From a candidate division WWE3 bacterium RIFOXYB1_FULL_43_24 (GTDB taxonomy: Bacteria > Patescibacteriota > WWE3 > UBA101185 > UBA10185), in assembly GCA_001773135.1 (NCBI GenBank), contig MEVX01000003.1, forward strand, positions 172 through 64,171: a DNA stretch of 64,000 nucleotides. The letters run 5' to 3'. The stretch's first letter is position 1, and each line of letters begins with the position of its first letter. The position numbers were made by a program, and so were the translations under genes. Below, piece by piece: positions 19,881-26,514 of this stretch. Below the pieces are notes generated by a model that saw only the letters and a list, made by a program, of their open reading frames with translations, searched no databases and was not told where the DNA came from.

Positions 19881-21268
19881 TCTTTATGTGCAACTAGCAA
19901 CTGCTGCGTCCCAAGTATTACAGCATTGGTACGGAATTTATTGTACGGGAGTGAATCTACACCCCTTCTTGTTTTATTCACTAAATCACTAACCCTAATA
20001 CCAGATCTAGATATCTTCTTCCCTAAAGGGTATATGATTTTCCTACCCATGTAATCCCATACACTAAATCCTGAAACCTCGTGTAAATCAACAATAAATC
20101 CTTTTTCTCTAATCAGGTGTTCCAACTCATTAAATGTCATCTCAGAAAAATGGGTCTCATCTAAATTTTTAACCAATATGTTTTTGTTCGGTGTCGTGAT
20201 AACTATTTCCCCTCCTATTTTCAGAAAACTGGAAATATAGTCTAGGGATGTTCCTGGATTTTTTATATGTTCTATAACCTCGTTCATAATGATTGTGTCA
20301 AAAAATCCATGGGCGTACGGTATTTCAAATGATTCGTTTAACACACCCACATTTAACCCATTGCCCCTGGCGTAATCTACGGCAAAGTCGTTGGTCTCGA
20401 GACCGTATTTTTCACCACCACCCACATCAATCAGACTTAGCAAAGTACCGTACCCACATCCATAGTCAAGTACCTTTTTATCTTTAAAATCGACGACCTC
20501 CAGTATCCTTTTATGGTCTTCTCGATTAGTGTTCTGGAACCCGTACTCATACTGTTTATAATAGTCTTCCGAATATTTTGGTTTCTGAATAAATTTAACA
20601 GCAAACAGCTCAAAACTAAGCTTAGGCATCTTATAAGTTAGTAGCTGCGATACTGTGGCTATCACAAACCAAAATATTTTAGGTCTGTACCGTATAGAAA
20701 TAGCCAAGTCATCGTCCATCGAATCATTCTCTCCCTTACCTTTCCTAAGATGCTTAATCCCCGCAAGTCCAAGTACCTTTGAAAAACCGAGATTAGTCAG
20801 ATCCTCCACACTCCAACCGGATAAATGTGTTTGTAAAACGTTATTGTCTAGCACCGATTGATTAACAAATCCGTTCGGTGTGGTTATTATCAGCTTTTTC
20901 CTTGCCCACTTTTCTGCTTTCTCCAGGAGCTTTACAGCATCGGGTTTTTCCAAATGTTCTAATACCTCTATCAACAAAACTGCGTCAAAGGATTTTTCTT
21001 CAAATTCTAGATTTTTGATATCACCGAGTATAAACTCATCGTGGGTACCGTTTCTTTTAGCAACTTTTATATATTCCTCGTAACCATCAACTCCGACTGT
21101 GTGTTTCAACCACGTAATACTGGCTATAGGTGAACTTGGACCACAACCCAAGTCAAGCACGGATTCACAGTTTGATAATTCATTTCTCAAACAATAGTTT
21201 GTGGTGTGAAAGATCTTTTCGAAAAAAGGTTTCTTATAAAAAAATTTAATTAGTTCTTTTAGGCTCAT
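19877..21268 (-). CDS. Tandem two-domain class I SAM-dependent methyltransferase
   Basis: Two complete motif sets: VLDLGCG..EVLEHL..TTPN and VLDYGCGYG..EVIEHI..TTPN. Confidence 0.85.
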   Translation of the reverse strand: MSLKELIKFFYKKPFFEKIFHTTNYCLRNELSNCESVLDLGCGPSSPIASITWLKHTVGVDGYEEYIKVAKRNGTHDEFILGDIKNLEFEEKSFDAVLLIEVLEHLEKPDAVKLLEKAEKWARKKLIITTPNGFVNQSVLDNNVLQTHLSGWSVEDLTNLGFSKVLGLAGIKHLRKGKGENDSMDDDLAISIRYRPKIFWFVIATVSQLLTYKMPKLSFELFAVKFIQKPKYSEDYYKQYEYGFQNTNREDHKRILEVVDFKDKKVLDYGCGYGTLLSLIDVGGGEKYGLETNDFAVDYARGNGLNVGVLNESFEIPYAHGFFDTIIMNEVIEHIKNPGTSLDYISSFLKIGGEIVITTPNKNILVKNLDETHFSEMTFNELEHLIREKGFIVDLHEVSGFSVWDYMGRKIIYPLGKKISRSGIRVSDLVNKTRRGVDSLPYNKFRTNAVILGTQQLLVAHKE

Positions 21269-22277
21269 AATTAAAATTTATACCTCCTATAATAGCGTGG
21301 TTGACTGAATCTTTATACCAATCCACTAACCCAATAAGTATAAATGGCGGAATTATTATTGTACCAAATGCAAAAAACCAAAAATAAACACTAAATAAGT
21401 TAGAGGGTCGGTATTTTATAAGGTAAATAATCTCTCTAATAAGGTATTTGAATTTGGCGTAATTCCTTATTTGCACTAAACCTACATAATTGTTGGCAAC
21501 AAAATTCTTTATCATATGTTCTCGAAAGCCTTTCCATTCAGGCTCGGGATACACACTTTTAAATAACTCAACCCACGAAAGTAAAGGTGAGACATTATAT
21601 ATCGAGGACACGTGCCTAGTTTGACTTGTGCTAATTCTTACAGCAACATTATAATCTTTTAAGAAAACTACCGGGTGCTTCTTAAAAATAGAGGCAAAGG
21701 GGTAAACATGACATGGAAAAATATCCGAGTGGAAAGGTATATCAAAAAAGTCACTTCTAAAAGACAGGCCTGTTAGCTGATCTAATGTGGAGAACATCGT
21801 GATAATATCAGTTGGATTAGAATCCATGGTTAACACCGTGTCTTGACCTTTCTCTAGAGTTTTCTTTTTTCTTACTGGTCTAAACTCGTTACTATTAAAC
21901 CAGTAGTAAGGTCTGGTTACTGCGCCAATGTCTGGGGAAAGCTCAAATGCATTTAGTGTATTTTTTAGAGCGTCCTTCGCTACCAAGTCATCCTGGCCCA
22001 CTAGGTATAAATATTTTCCTGTTGCGTGGGCCCTAGCAAATTCTAAGTTAGTGGGGTAACCAACATTTGTGCTATTCTCAAAATATTTAATCCGCCCGTC
22101 ACCATAACTATCAATCACATCTTTTATTCCATCTCTCGAACAATCCTCACTGATGATAATCTCAAAATCTTGATACGTCTGATTCAATATACTTTCTAAA
22201 GTTTCCCTTATGACTGTGCTACCCTTATATGTAGGTATCAAAATACTAAATGTAGGTATGTTTTTCACTGCCCCCAC
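21246..22277 (-). CDS. GT2 family glycosyltransferase
   Basis: FSILIPTY, EDCSRD, ATGKY, QDD. Confidence 0.88.
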   Translation of the reverse strand: MGAVKNIPTFSILIPTYKGSTVIRETLESILNQTYQDFEIIISEDCSRDGIKDVIDSYGDGRIKYFENSTNVGYPTNLEFARAHATGKYLYLVGQDDLVAKDALKNTLNAFELSPDIGAVTRPYYWFNSNEFRPVRKKKTLEKGQDTVLTMDSNPTDIITMFSTLDQLTGLSFRSDFFDIPFHSDIFPCHVYPFASIFKKHPVVFLKDYNVAVRISTSQTRHVSSIYNVSPLLSWVELFKSVYPEPEWKGFREHMIKNFVANNYVGLVQIRNYAKFKYLIREIIYLIKYRPSNLFSVYFWFFAFGTIIIPPFILIGLVDWYKDSVNHAIIGGINFNYEPKRTN

Positions 22278-23302
22278 CCCTCCCGGCTCAACTCCGCCGT
22301 CTTAAAATAACCGCCAATCCTGCCCCACCCGTACTCCCACAACGTAATCCAGCACGCAACCGGATGGAAAAACCACGCAAAATCAGCCTTTTTCAGAAAC
22401 CCCACAATAGCTTGCCCCACCACAGGCACCACCAGCAACGTATACAGCACAAACCTCACCATCCCGCCTGATTTTTTTCCTCCCAAGTCCATTTCACCCC
22501 ACCCGAACTCCCTGCCACCCTTTTTATTCAAGTGAAATAAATAGTCTTTCACTCTTCTTCTCTGTTTTCTTGCAAACTTTCCGATATCGCTTCCACAAAA
22601 AGTATGAATAATTCCATTTTTAACTTTAATAAATTTCACCGAGCCTTTTTCTTTGATCTCCGAAGCAATTATATCTATATCAAACAAGTAATCTCCTTTT
22701 ACACGCCCTTTCAAAAACCCGGTCCTAAACACAGTTCCATTGGCGCCTATAGTAGGCACCCCTCTTTTATCCAAACCCAGCAACAAATAGCCACCCATAT
22801 CTTCTTCGTCGTGTTCAACTTCCGTCCACTTTCCCGTCAGTAAATTCACCCTATCGTAGTTTCCCAAAAACATTACAAACGGATCGTTCATTCCGATTAA
22901 CGCGCAATACCTATCTATAAACCCGTCTTCTTTCCTCCAAATATACTTCCACGGTTCGCTTCCTACAGCTTCAGCATGTTTCAACAAAGGCTCAATCATC
23001 TGATTTAGCCACTCCCCATCGGGTAAAATGTTATCCGAATCAATGAGCGCAACAAATTCACCGCCAGCTGCTCTCAGCGCCGCCGCTTTTCCCGCTTCTC
23101 CCGTTTTTAATTTATTTTCAACAACAACTGCCCCATACTTTTTAGCCATTTCCACTGTTCCGTCAGTAGACCCGCCGTCTGCAACAATAATTTCGATTTT
23201 TTCAGTTGGGTAATTTTGTTTTTTAATAGATTCCAGACAATTTTCGAGTACAGAACTTGCGTTTAAAGTCGGTATTAAAATCGACACGGCCGGTTTTTCC
23301 AT
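22265..23302 (-). CDS. GT2 family glycosyltransferase
   Basis: VSILIPTLN, ADGGSTDGT, IDSD. Confidence 0.9.
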   Translation of the reverse strand: MEKPAVSILIPTLNASSVLENCLESIKKQNYPTEKIEIIVADGGSTDGTVEMAKKYGAVVVENKLKTGEAGKAAALRAAGGEFVALIDSDNILPDGEWLNQMIEPLLKHAEAVGSEPWKYIWRKEDGFIDRYCALIGMNDPFVMFLGNYDRVNLLTGKWTEVEHDEEDMGGYLLLGLDKRGVPTIGANGTVFRTGFLKGRVKGDYLFDIDIIASEIKEKGSVKFIKVKNGIIHTFCGSDIGKFARKQRRRVKDYLFHLNKKGGREFGWGEMDLGGKKSGGMVRFVLYTLLVVPVVGQAIVGFLKKADFAWFFHPVACWITLWEYGWGRIGGYFKTAELSREGWGQ

Positions 23303-23321
23303 TTGTATATTGTACTACAAC

Positions 23322-23753
23322 CTAGAAAGCGAAGAGTTTATCCAGCGCGAATCCCTGTAAATACCTCGCAATAATAAAGTACGTGTACCAGTGGGCCGGA
23401 TTGGTTAAGTAATCCCACAATAAATGAAGGGTCAATCCCAAAATTAAAGGGCACCAAATATGTTTTTTCTTTGAAAAATATGCAAAGACGCCCAAGAGCA
23501 AAACAAGCTCCCAGCTATGAAAAAATATAAAGGAGGTGTTGGTTTCGTGATAATGCTGACCGGACAGAAAATCGCTTAAATTAAAATAAAAGCCTCTATG
23601 GATAAAGTAATCCAGCAGATGATCCAGATCAACAAAAAATCCTGATAATAAGGCAACTACGTAACTTGAAAGTCTTTTATATCGTTTAAAACAGAAGTAC
23701 CCGGCGACTAAAGAAAACGCCAAGTGCCCCATTTCTGTTGTTAAAAGGTACAT
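23322..23753 (-). CDS. Membrane-bound metal-dependent hydrolase-like protein (YdjM-like)
   Basis: GH..., DLDH, FHSWE, LHLLWD His/Asp motifs; start placed at ATG 23753, 7 nt after TAAAAT. Confidence 0.6.
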   Translation of the reverse strand: MYLLTTEMGHLAFSLVAGYFCFKRYKRLSSYVVALLSGFFVDLDHLLDYFIHRGFYFNLSDFLSGQHYHETNTSFIFFHSWELVLLLGVFAYFSKKKHIWCPLILGLTLHLLWDYLTNPAHWYTYFIIARYLQGFALDKLFAF

Positions 23754-23762
23754 CCTATACAT

Positions 23763-23791
23763 TTTACTCTACCGGACTTTTTTGGTAGACT
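23763..23791 (+). promoter_or_regulatory. Promoter 1 of small-gene island, TTTACT-17-TAGACT with extended -10 TG
   Basis: -35 at 23763-23768, -10 at 23786-23791; overlaps the divergent -10 of the minus-strand gene. Confidence 0.55.
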
Positions 23792-23830
23792 GTCCGCAGA
23801 AAATCAATCAAATCAGGTTAAGGAGGGGAG

Positions 23831-24031
23831 ATGTGGGAGTTCGTTTTTTCTGATAGGCACGGCTTTGAAACGGCCGTAAACCGGCTAAATCATAGCGACG
23901 TGCCGTCCTGGCTTCATTCTTTGGTCGAGCTACGGATTCTAATATATTCCGCTGACGACAAGGAATTCCTGCTTCAACAGCTGGTTCTTTTGGGAGTGCC
24001 GGAAACATCGTACCGGATTAAAAAAATATGA
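23831..24031 (+). CDS. Small hypothetical protein, island family 1
   Basis: AAGGAGG SD; clear paralog of 24553-24798 (FLLQQLVLLGVPETSYRI vs FLVGELVLLGVSGGAYRL). Confidence 0.8.
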   Translation: MWEFVFSDRHGFETAVNRLNHSDVPSWLHSLVELRILIYSADDKEFLLQQLVLLGVPETSYRIKKI

Positions 24032-24053
24032 CTGATTGAGAAGAGGTGTACGG

Positions 24054-24278
24054 ATGCATGAATGGGTACGTTTGCGGAAGAAACAGGATATGTCAGTAAT
24101 ACAAGCTCTTCTTGACGGGATGGAAGGAAGGGATTCGGAAGGATACATAATAGACTTCTGTACCAAAAATGTCCTACCCGGCTCTGAAAGGGACACTATG
24201 AGATTTAAAGAGGTACTGACGTCCCGTGGCATTCCGTTTGGACTTAAAGCAATAAAAATGGATGAGGAGGAAAAATGA
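24054..24278 (+). CDS. Small hypothetical protein, island family 1
   Basis: GAGGT SD 6 nt before ATG 24054; resembles 25564-25797; ATGA-coupled to next gene. Confidence 0.7.
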   Translation: MHEWVRLRKKQDMSVIQALLDGMEGRDSEGYIIDFCTKNVLPGSERDTMRFKEVLTSRGIPFGLKAIKMDEEEK

Positions 24279-24493
24279 TCGTATTCTTTGACAACCAAGA
24301 GGGCCTGACCAAAGCCATAACGGTTGGGAACAAAGTGGGAATCTGCGATTGCGAAGACTTCAGGGTCGACGCGGCTCAAAACGCAATAGTGTTTGATGAC
24401 ACTTGCGAGGTGGAAATAACCGAGTTCATTTCTGCCCTGGAAAAGAATAACAACGGATCGGAGGAACTTATATACTTTCGAGCCAGATACTAG
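24275..24493 (+). CDS. Small hypothetical protein, island family 1
   Basis: GAGGAGG SD; clear paralog of 24848-25072 (VDAAQNAIVFD/FISAL/ELIYF vs VDAEKNRINFD/FISAI/EPIYF). Confidence 0.8.
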   Translation: MIVFFDNQEGLTKAITVGNKVGICDCEDFRVDAAQNAIVFDDTCEVEITEFISALEKNNNGSEELIYFRARY

Positions 24494-24498
24494 CCCGA

Positions 24499-24541
24499 TA
24501 AGCCCGTTGTTCCAACAAAAAACAACGGGCTTTCTTTTTCG
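24499..24541 (+). terminator. Hairpin repeat copy 1, intrinsic terminator-like
   Basis: AAGCCCGTTGTT-loop-AACAACGGGCTT then TCTTTTT; near-identical to 25097-25140. Confidence 0.75.
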
Positions 24542-24552
24542 AGGAGGGACAA

Positions 24553-24798
24553 ATGTACAACTTTTTTTTCTTTACGGAAGAAGCGTTTTCTCTAGCATTG
24601 GAGAAACTTCGTAAGAGCGATAGGAATTGGTTTTACAGCTACAAAAATCTTCTTATCAGTTTTTACGAGGGTTGCGACGCCGATTTCCTGGTAGGAGAAC
24701 TTGTTTTACTGGGAGTTTCCGGCGGGGCATACAGACTGGAGCGCCCGGAAAGGAAGAAGGGAGGAACCGAATTAAAAACTAGGGGACGTGTTAAGTAA
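24553..24798 (+). CDS. Small hypothetical protein, island family 1
   Basis: GAGGAGG SD; paralog of 23831-24031. Confidence 0.8.
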   Translation: MYNFFFFTEEAFSLALEKLRKSDRNWFYSYKNLLISFYEGCDADFLVGELVLLGVSGGAYRLERPERKKGGTELKTRGRVK

Positions 24799-24847
24799 TA
24801 CATATCTTTTTCAGACATGTAGCCGGAATAGAAAGGCAAGGGAGGAT

Positions 24848-25072
24848 ATGTACTTAATTTTTGGTTCACCTGATGATTTGCGGAGAGCGATGCGGATTGG
24901 CGAAAGGGTGCACGTGTTTGAAAGTCAGCACTACACCGTAGACGCAGAAAAAAACCGGATAAACTTTGATCGTGACATCTATCCGGAAAAAGTCCGAAGT
25001 TTTATCTCGGCTATCAGACACGTTAACTCCTGCCCTGATAAAGAACCGATTTACTTTAGTACTGCTCATTAG
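24848..25072 (+). CDS. Small hypothetical protein, island family 1
   Basis: AAGGGAGG before ATG 24848; aligns from the N-terminus with 24275-24493. Confidence 0.78.
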   Translation: MYLIFGSPDDLRRAMRIGERVHVFESQHYTVDAEKNRINFDRDIYPEKVRSFISAIRHVNSCPDKEPIYFSTAH

Positions 25073-25096
25073 GTTAAATTTTTATTAATGAAACCT

Positions 25097-25140
25097 TAAG
25101 CCCGTTGTTTCAACAAAACACAACGGGCTTTCTTTTTTCG
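25097..25140 (+). terminator. Hairpin repeat copy 2, intrinsic terminator-like
   Basis: AAGCCCGTTGT-loop-ACAACGGGCTT then TCTTTTTT. Confidence 0.75.
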
Positions 25141-25180
25141 GAAGGCAGTCGTGCTTGTTTAAAAGAAGGGTTTTTCAAAG

Positions 25181-25209
25181 TTGTAAACAGCCCTTTATGC
25201 TGTTAGAAT
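25181..25209 (+). promoter_or_regulatory. Promoter 2 of small-gene island, TTGTAA-17-TAGAAT with extended -10 TG
   Basis: -35 at 25181-25186, -10 at 25204-25209. Confidence 0.7.
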
Positions 25210-25247
25210 CCCATGCAGAAAGATAATCTGGAAAAAGGAGAGAAAAT

Positions 25248-25511
25248 ATGTCCGATACGATTATAAGGCTGTTGAAAAACGGCGGGTTTGGCTATATCCG
25301 CGGGGAAGACCTCTGCAAAAGCGACACGTGTGAGTATTATGTAAGCCGGGATAACGAGTGCTTTGGTAAGCAATCAGAGACCCATAACATAATGGTCAAA
25401 CGTGCGGGCCCAATCCTGCAGGTAACAGACTCTGGTGTTGAAAAGGCAGGGTGTAAATCCATAACCCGGGAGGATCTGATGACGGGAGATTATATCTCGG
25501 TAGAAGTGTGA
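25248..25511 (+). CDS. Small Cys-containing hypothetical protein, possible island family 2
   Basis: AAAGGAG SD; IRLLKNGGFGYI resembles LRLLPANSRVFV and IEDLPRRAVAYA. Confidence 0.7.
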   Translation: MSDTIIRLLKNGGFGYIRGEDLCKSDTCEYYVSRDNECFGKQSETHNIMVKRAGPILQVTDSGVEKAGCKSITREDLMTGDYISVEV

Positions 25512-25563
25512 AAAGAGGCATATCTCTCAAAGGGATTCGAAACTGACTGAATAAGGGGAGGAG

Positions 25564-25797
25564 ATGAAACATTTTTTGTCCTACGACAGCGCACGTGAAA
25601 TGAAAGACTATGTGGTCAAACTGCTCCAAACCGAGGGCTACAGCACAGAATACCTCAAAATTGAAATAGTAAGGGACAAACGGGGGTTTTTCATTGAGGC
25701 ATCCTCTGAAACTGACCCACAGATGGTAACACGTTTTAAACACCTGCTACGTGAACGATTGAGAACACTTCGCAGTGCCTTAAACCTAACAATCTAG
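25564..25797 (+). CDS. Small hypothetical protein, island family 1
   Basis: GGGGAGG SD; EM..LLQTEG and SETDPQMVTRFKHLL resemble DM..LLDGMEG and SERDTMRFKEVL of 24054-24278. Confidence 0.75.
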   Translation: MKHFLSYDSAREMKDYVVKLLQTEGYSTEYLKIEIVRDKRGFFIEASSETDPQMVTRFKHLLRERLRTLRSALNLTI

Positions 25798-25813
25798 GTG
25801 ATGGAGGGGGAAA

Positions 25814-26107
25814 ATGCTGACTAGGATAGAAGATTTACCGAGACGTGCAGTTGCTTATGCATCAGCCTCCGCGCTGATTTTGTACAGAGGAAACCTGTAC
25901 ATAAACTTCAAAACGGGAGTCAGCTTCTCACCCGATCCGGCTACCGGCAGGACAATGCGTTTTACAACTTTGGGATCAAGCGTAGTTGTATACGACTGCA
26001 CTTTGCCCCGTGAACTTGTTGTCCGTGTACTGGATAACTGGGATATTGCAGGCATGAGCTTTCGTCCTGTCGAAATAGAAGAGAGCCTTACCGGATATTC
26101 AAACTAA
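25814..26107 (+). CDS. Small hypothetical protein, island family 2
   Basis: GGAGG SD; paralog of next gene (GNLYIN..DP..TLPREL vs GKLHIN..DP..TLPEDL). Confidence 0.78.
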   Translation: MLTRIEDLPRRAVAYASASALILYRGNLYINFKTGVSFSPDPATGRTMRFTTLGSSVVVYDCTLPRELVVRVLDNWDIAGMSFRPVEIEESLTGYSN

Positions 26108-26123
26108 GAGAAAAGGAGTGAAA

Positions 26124-26426
26124 ATGTTTTTTCCGAGTGTACCTCTAAGGTTGCTACCCGCAAATTCTAGGGTATTCGTATCTCCGGGGGCGTTTGTGAA
26201 ATTTGAGGGAAAACTGCACATCAACCTCAATTCCTACATAAACGACGTCTATGACCCGGACCGTTATTTTACGGTCGAAGTCACGAGGTTAGAACAGGGC
26301 GTTCTGGTAAACATGAGCACTTTACCGGAAGATTTACGCCCGCCTGAGATCAATAACAAGACAATTATCGAAAAACACTTTAACCCGATTACTAAACAGG
26401 GTTTCAGGATAGTTGACGCCTGTTAA
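26124..26426 (+). CDS. Small hypothetical protein, island family 2
   Basis: AAGGAG SD 5 nt before ATG 26124 (alternative GTG at 26118); paralog of 25814-26107. Confidence 0.78.
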   Translation: MFFPSVPLRLLPANSRVFVSPGAFVKFEGKLHINLNSYINDVYDPDRYFTVEVTRLEQGVLVNMSTLPEDLRPPEINNKTIIEKHFNPITKQGFRIVDAC

Positions 26427-26434
26427 AATGCTCA

Positions 26435-26476
26435 AAGCCGCGACGTTTAATAAAATAAACCCGCGGCTTCTTTTTT
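26435..26476 (+). terminator. Intrinsic terminator closing the island
   Basis: AAGCCGCG..GTTTA-loop-TAAAC..CGCGGCTT then CTTTTTT; same AAGCC/GGCTT ends as the two repeats. Confidence 0.7.
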
Positions 26477-26514
26477 ACTCAAAAGCATCCTGCCTTTTTT
26501 ACTAAATGCACGTT

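Noticed and set aside
24788-24847. Longer GTG start for ORF 24788-25072
   Set aside because: Paralog alignment and SD support ATG at 24848
24499-25140. Hairpin repeats as a CRISPR array or integron attC sites
   Set aside because: Only two copies about 600 bp apart separated by genes; no cas or intI in the window; no RYYYAAC...GTTRRRY attC ends
23808-26055. Minus-strand ORFs across the island (e.g. 23939-24379, 25396-25743)
   Set aside because: Antisense shadows of plus-strand genes that have SDs and paralogy
23763-26476. Island as a prophage, IS element or diversity-generating retroelement
   Set aside because: No integrase, transposase, structural gene, reverse transcriptase or TR/VR pair recognised
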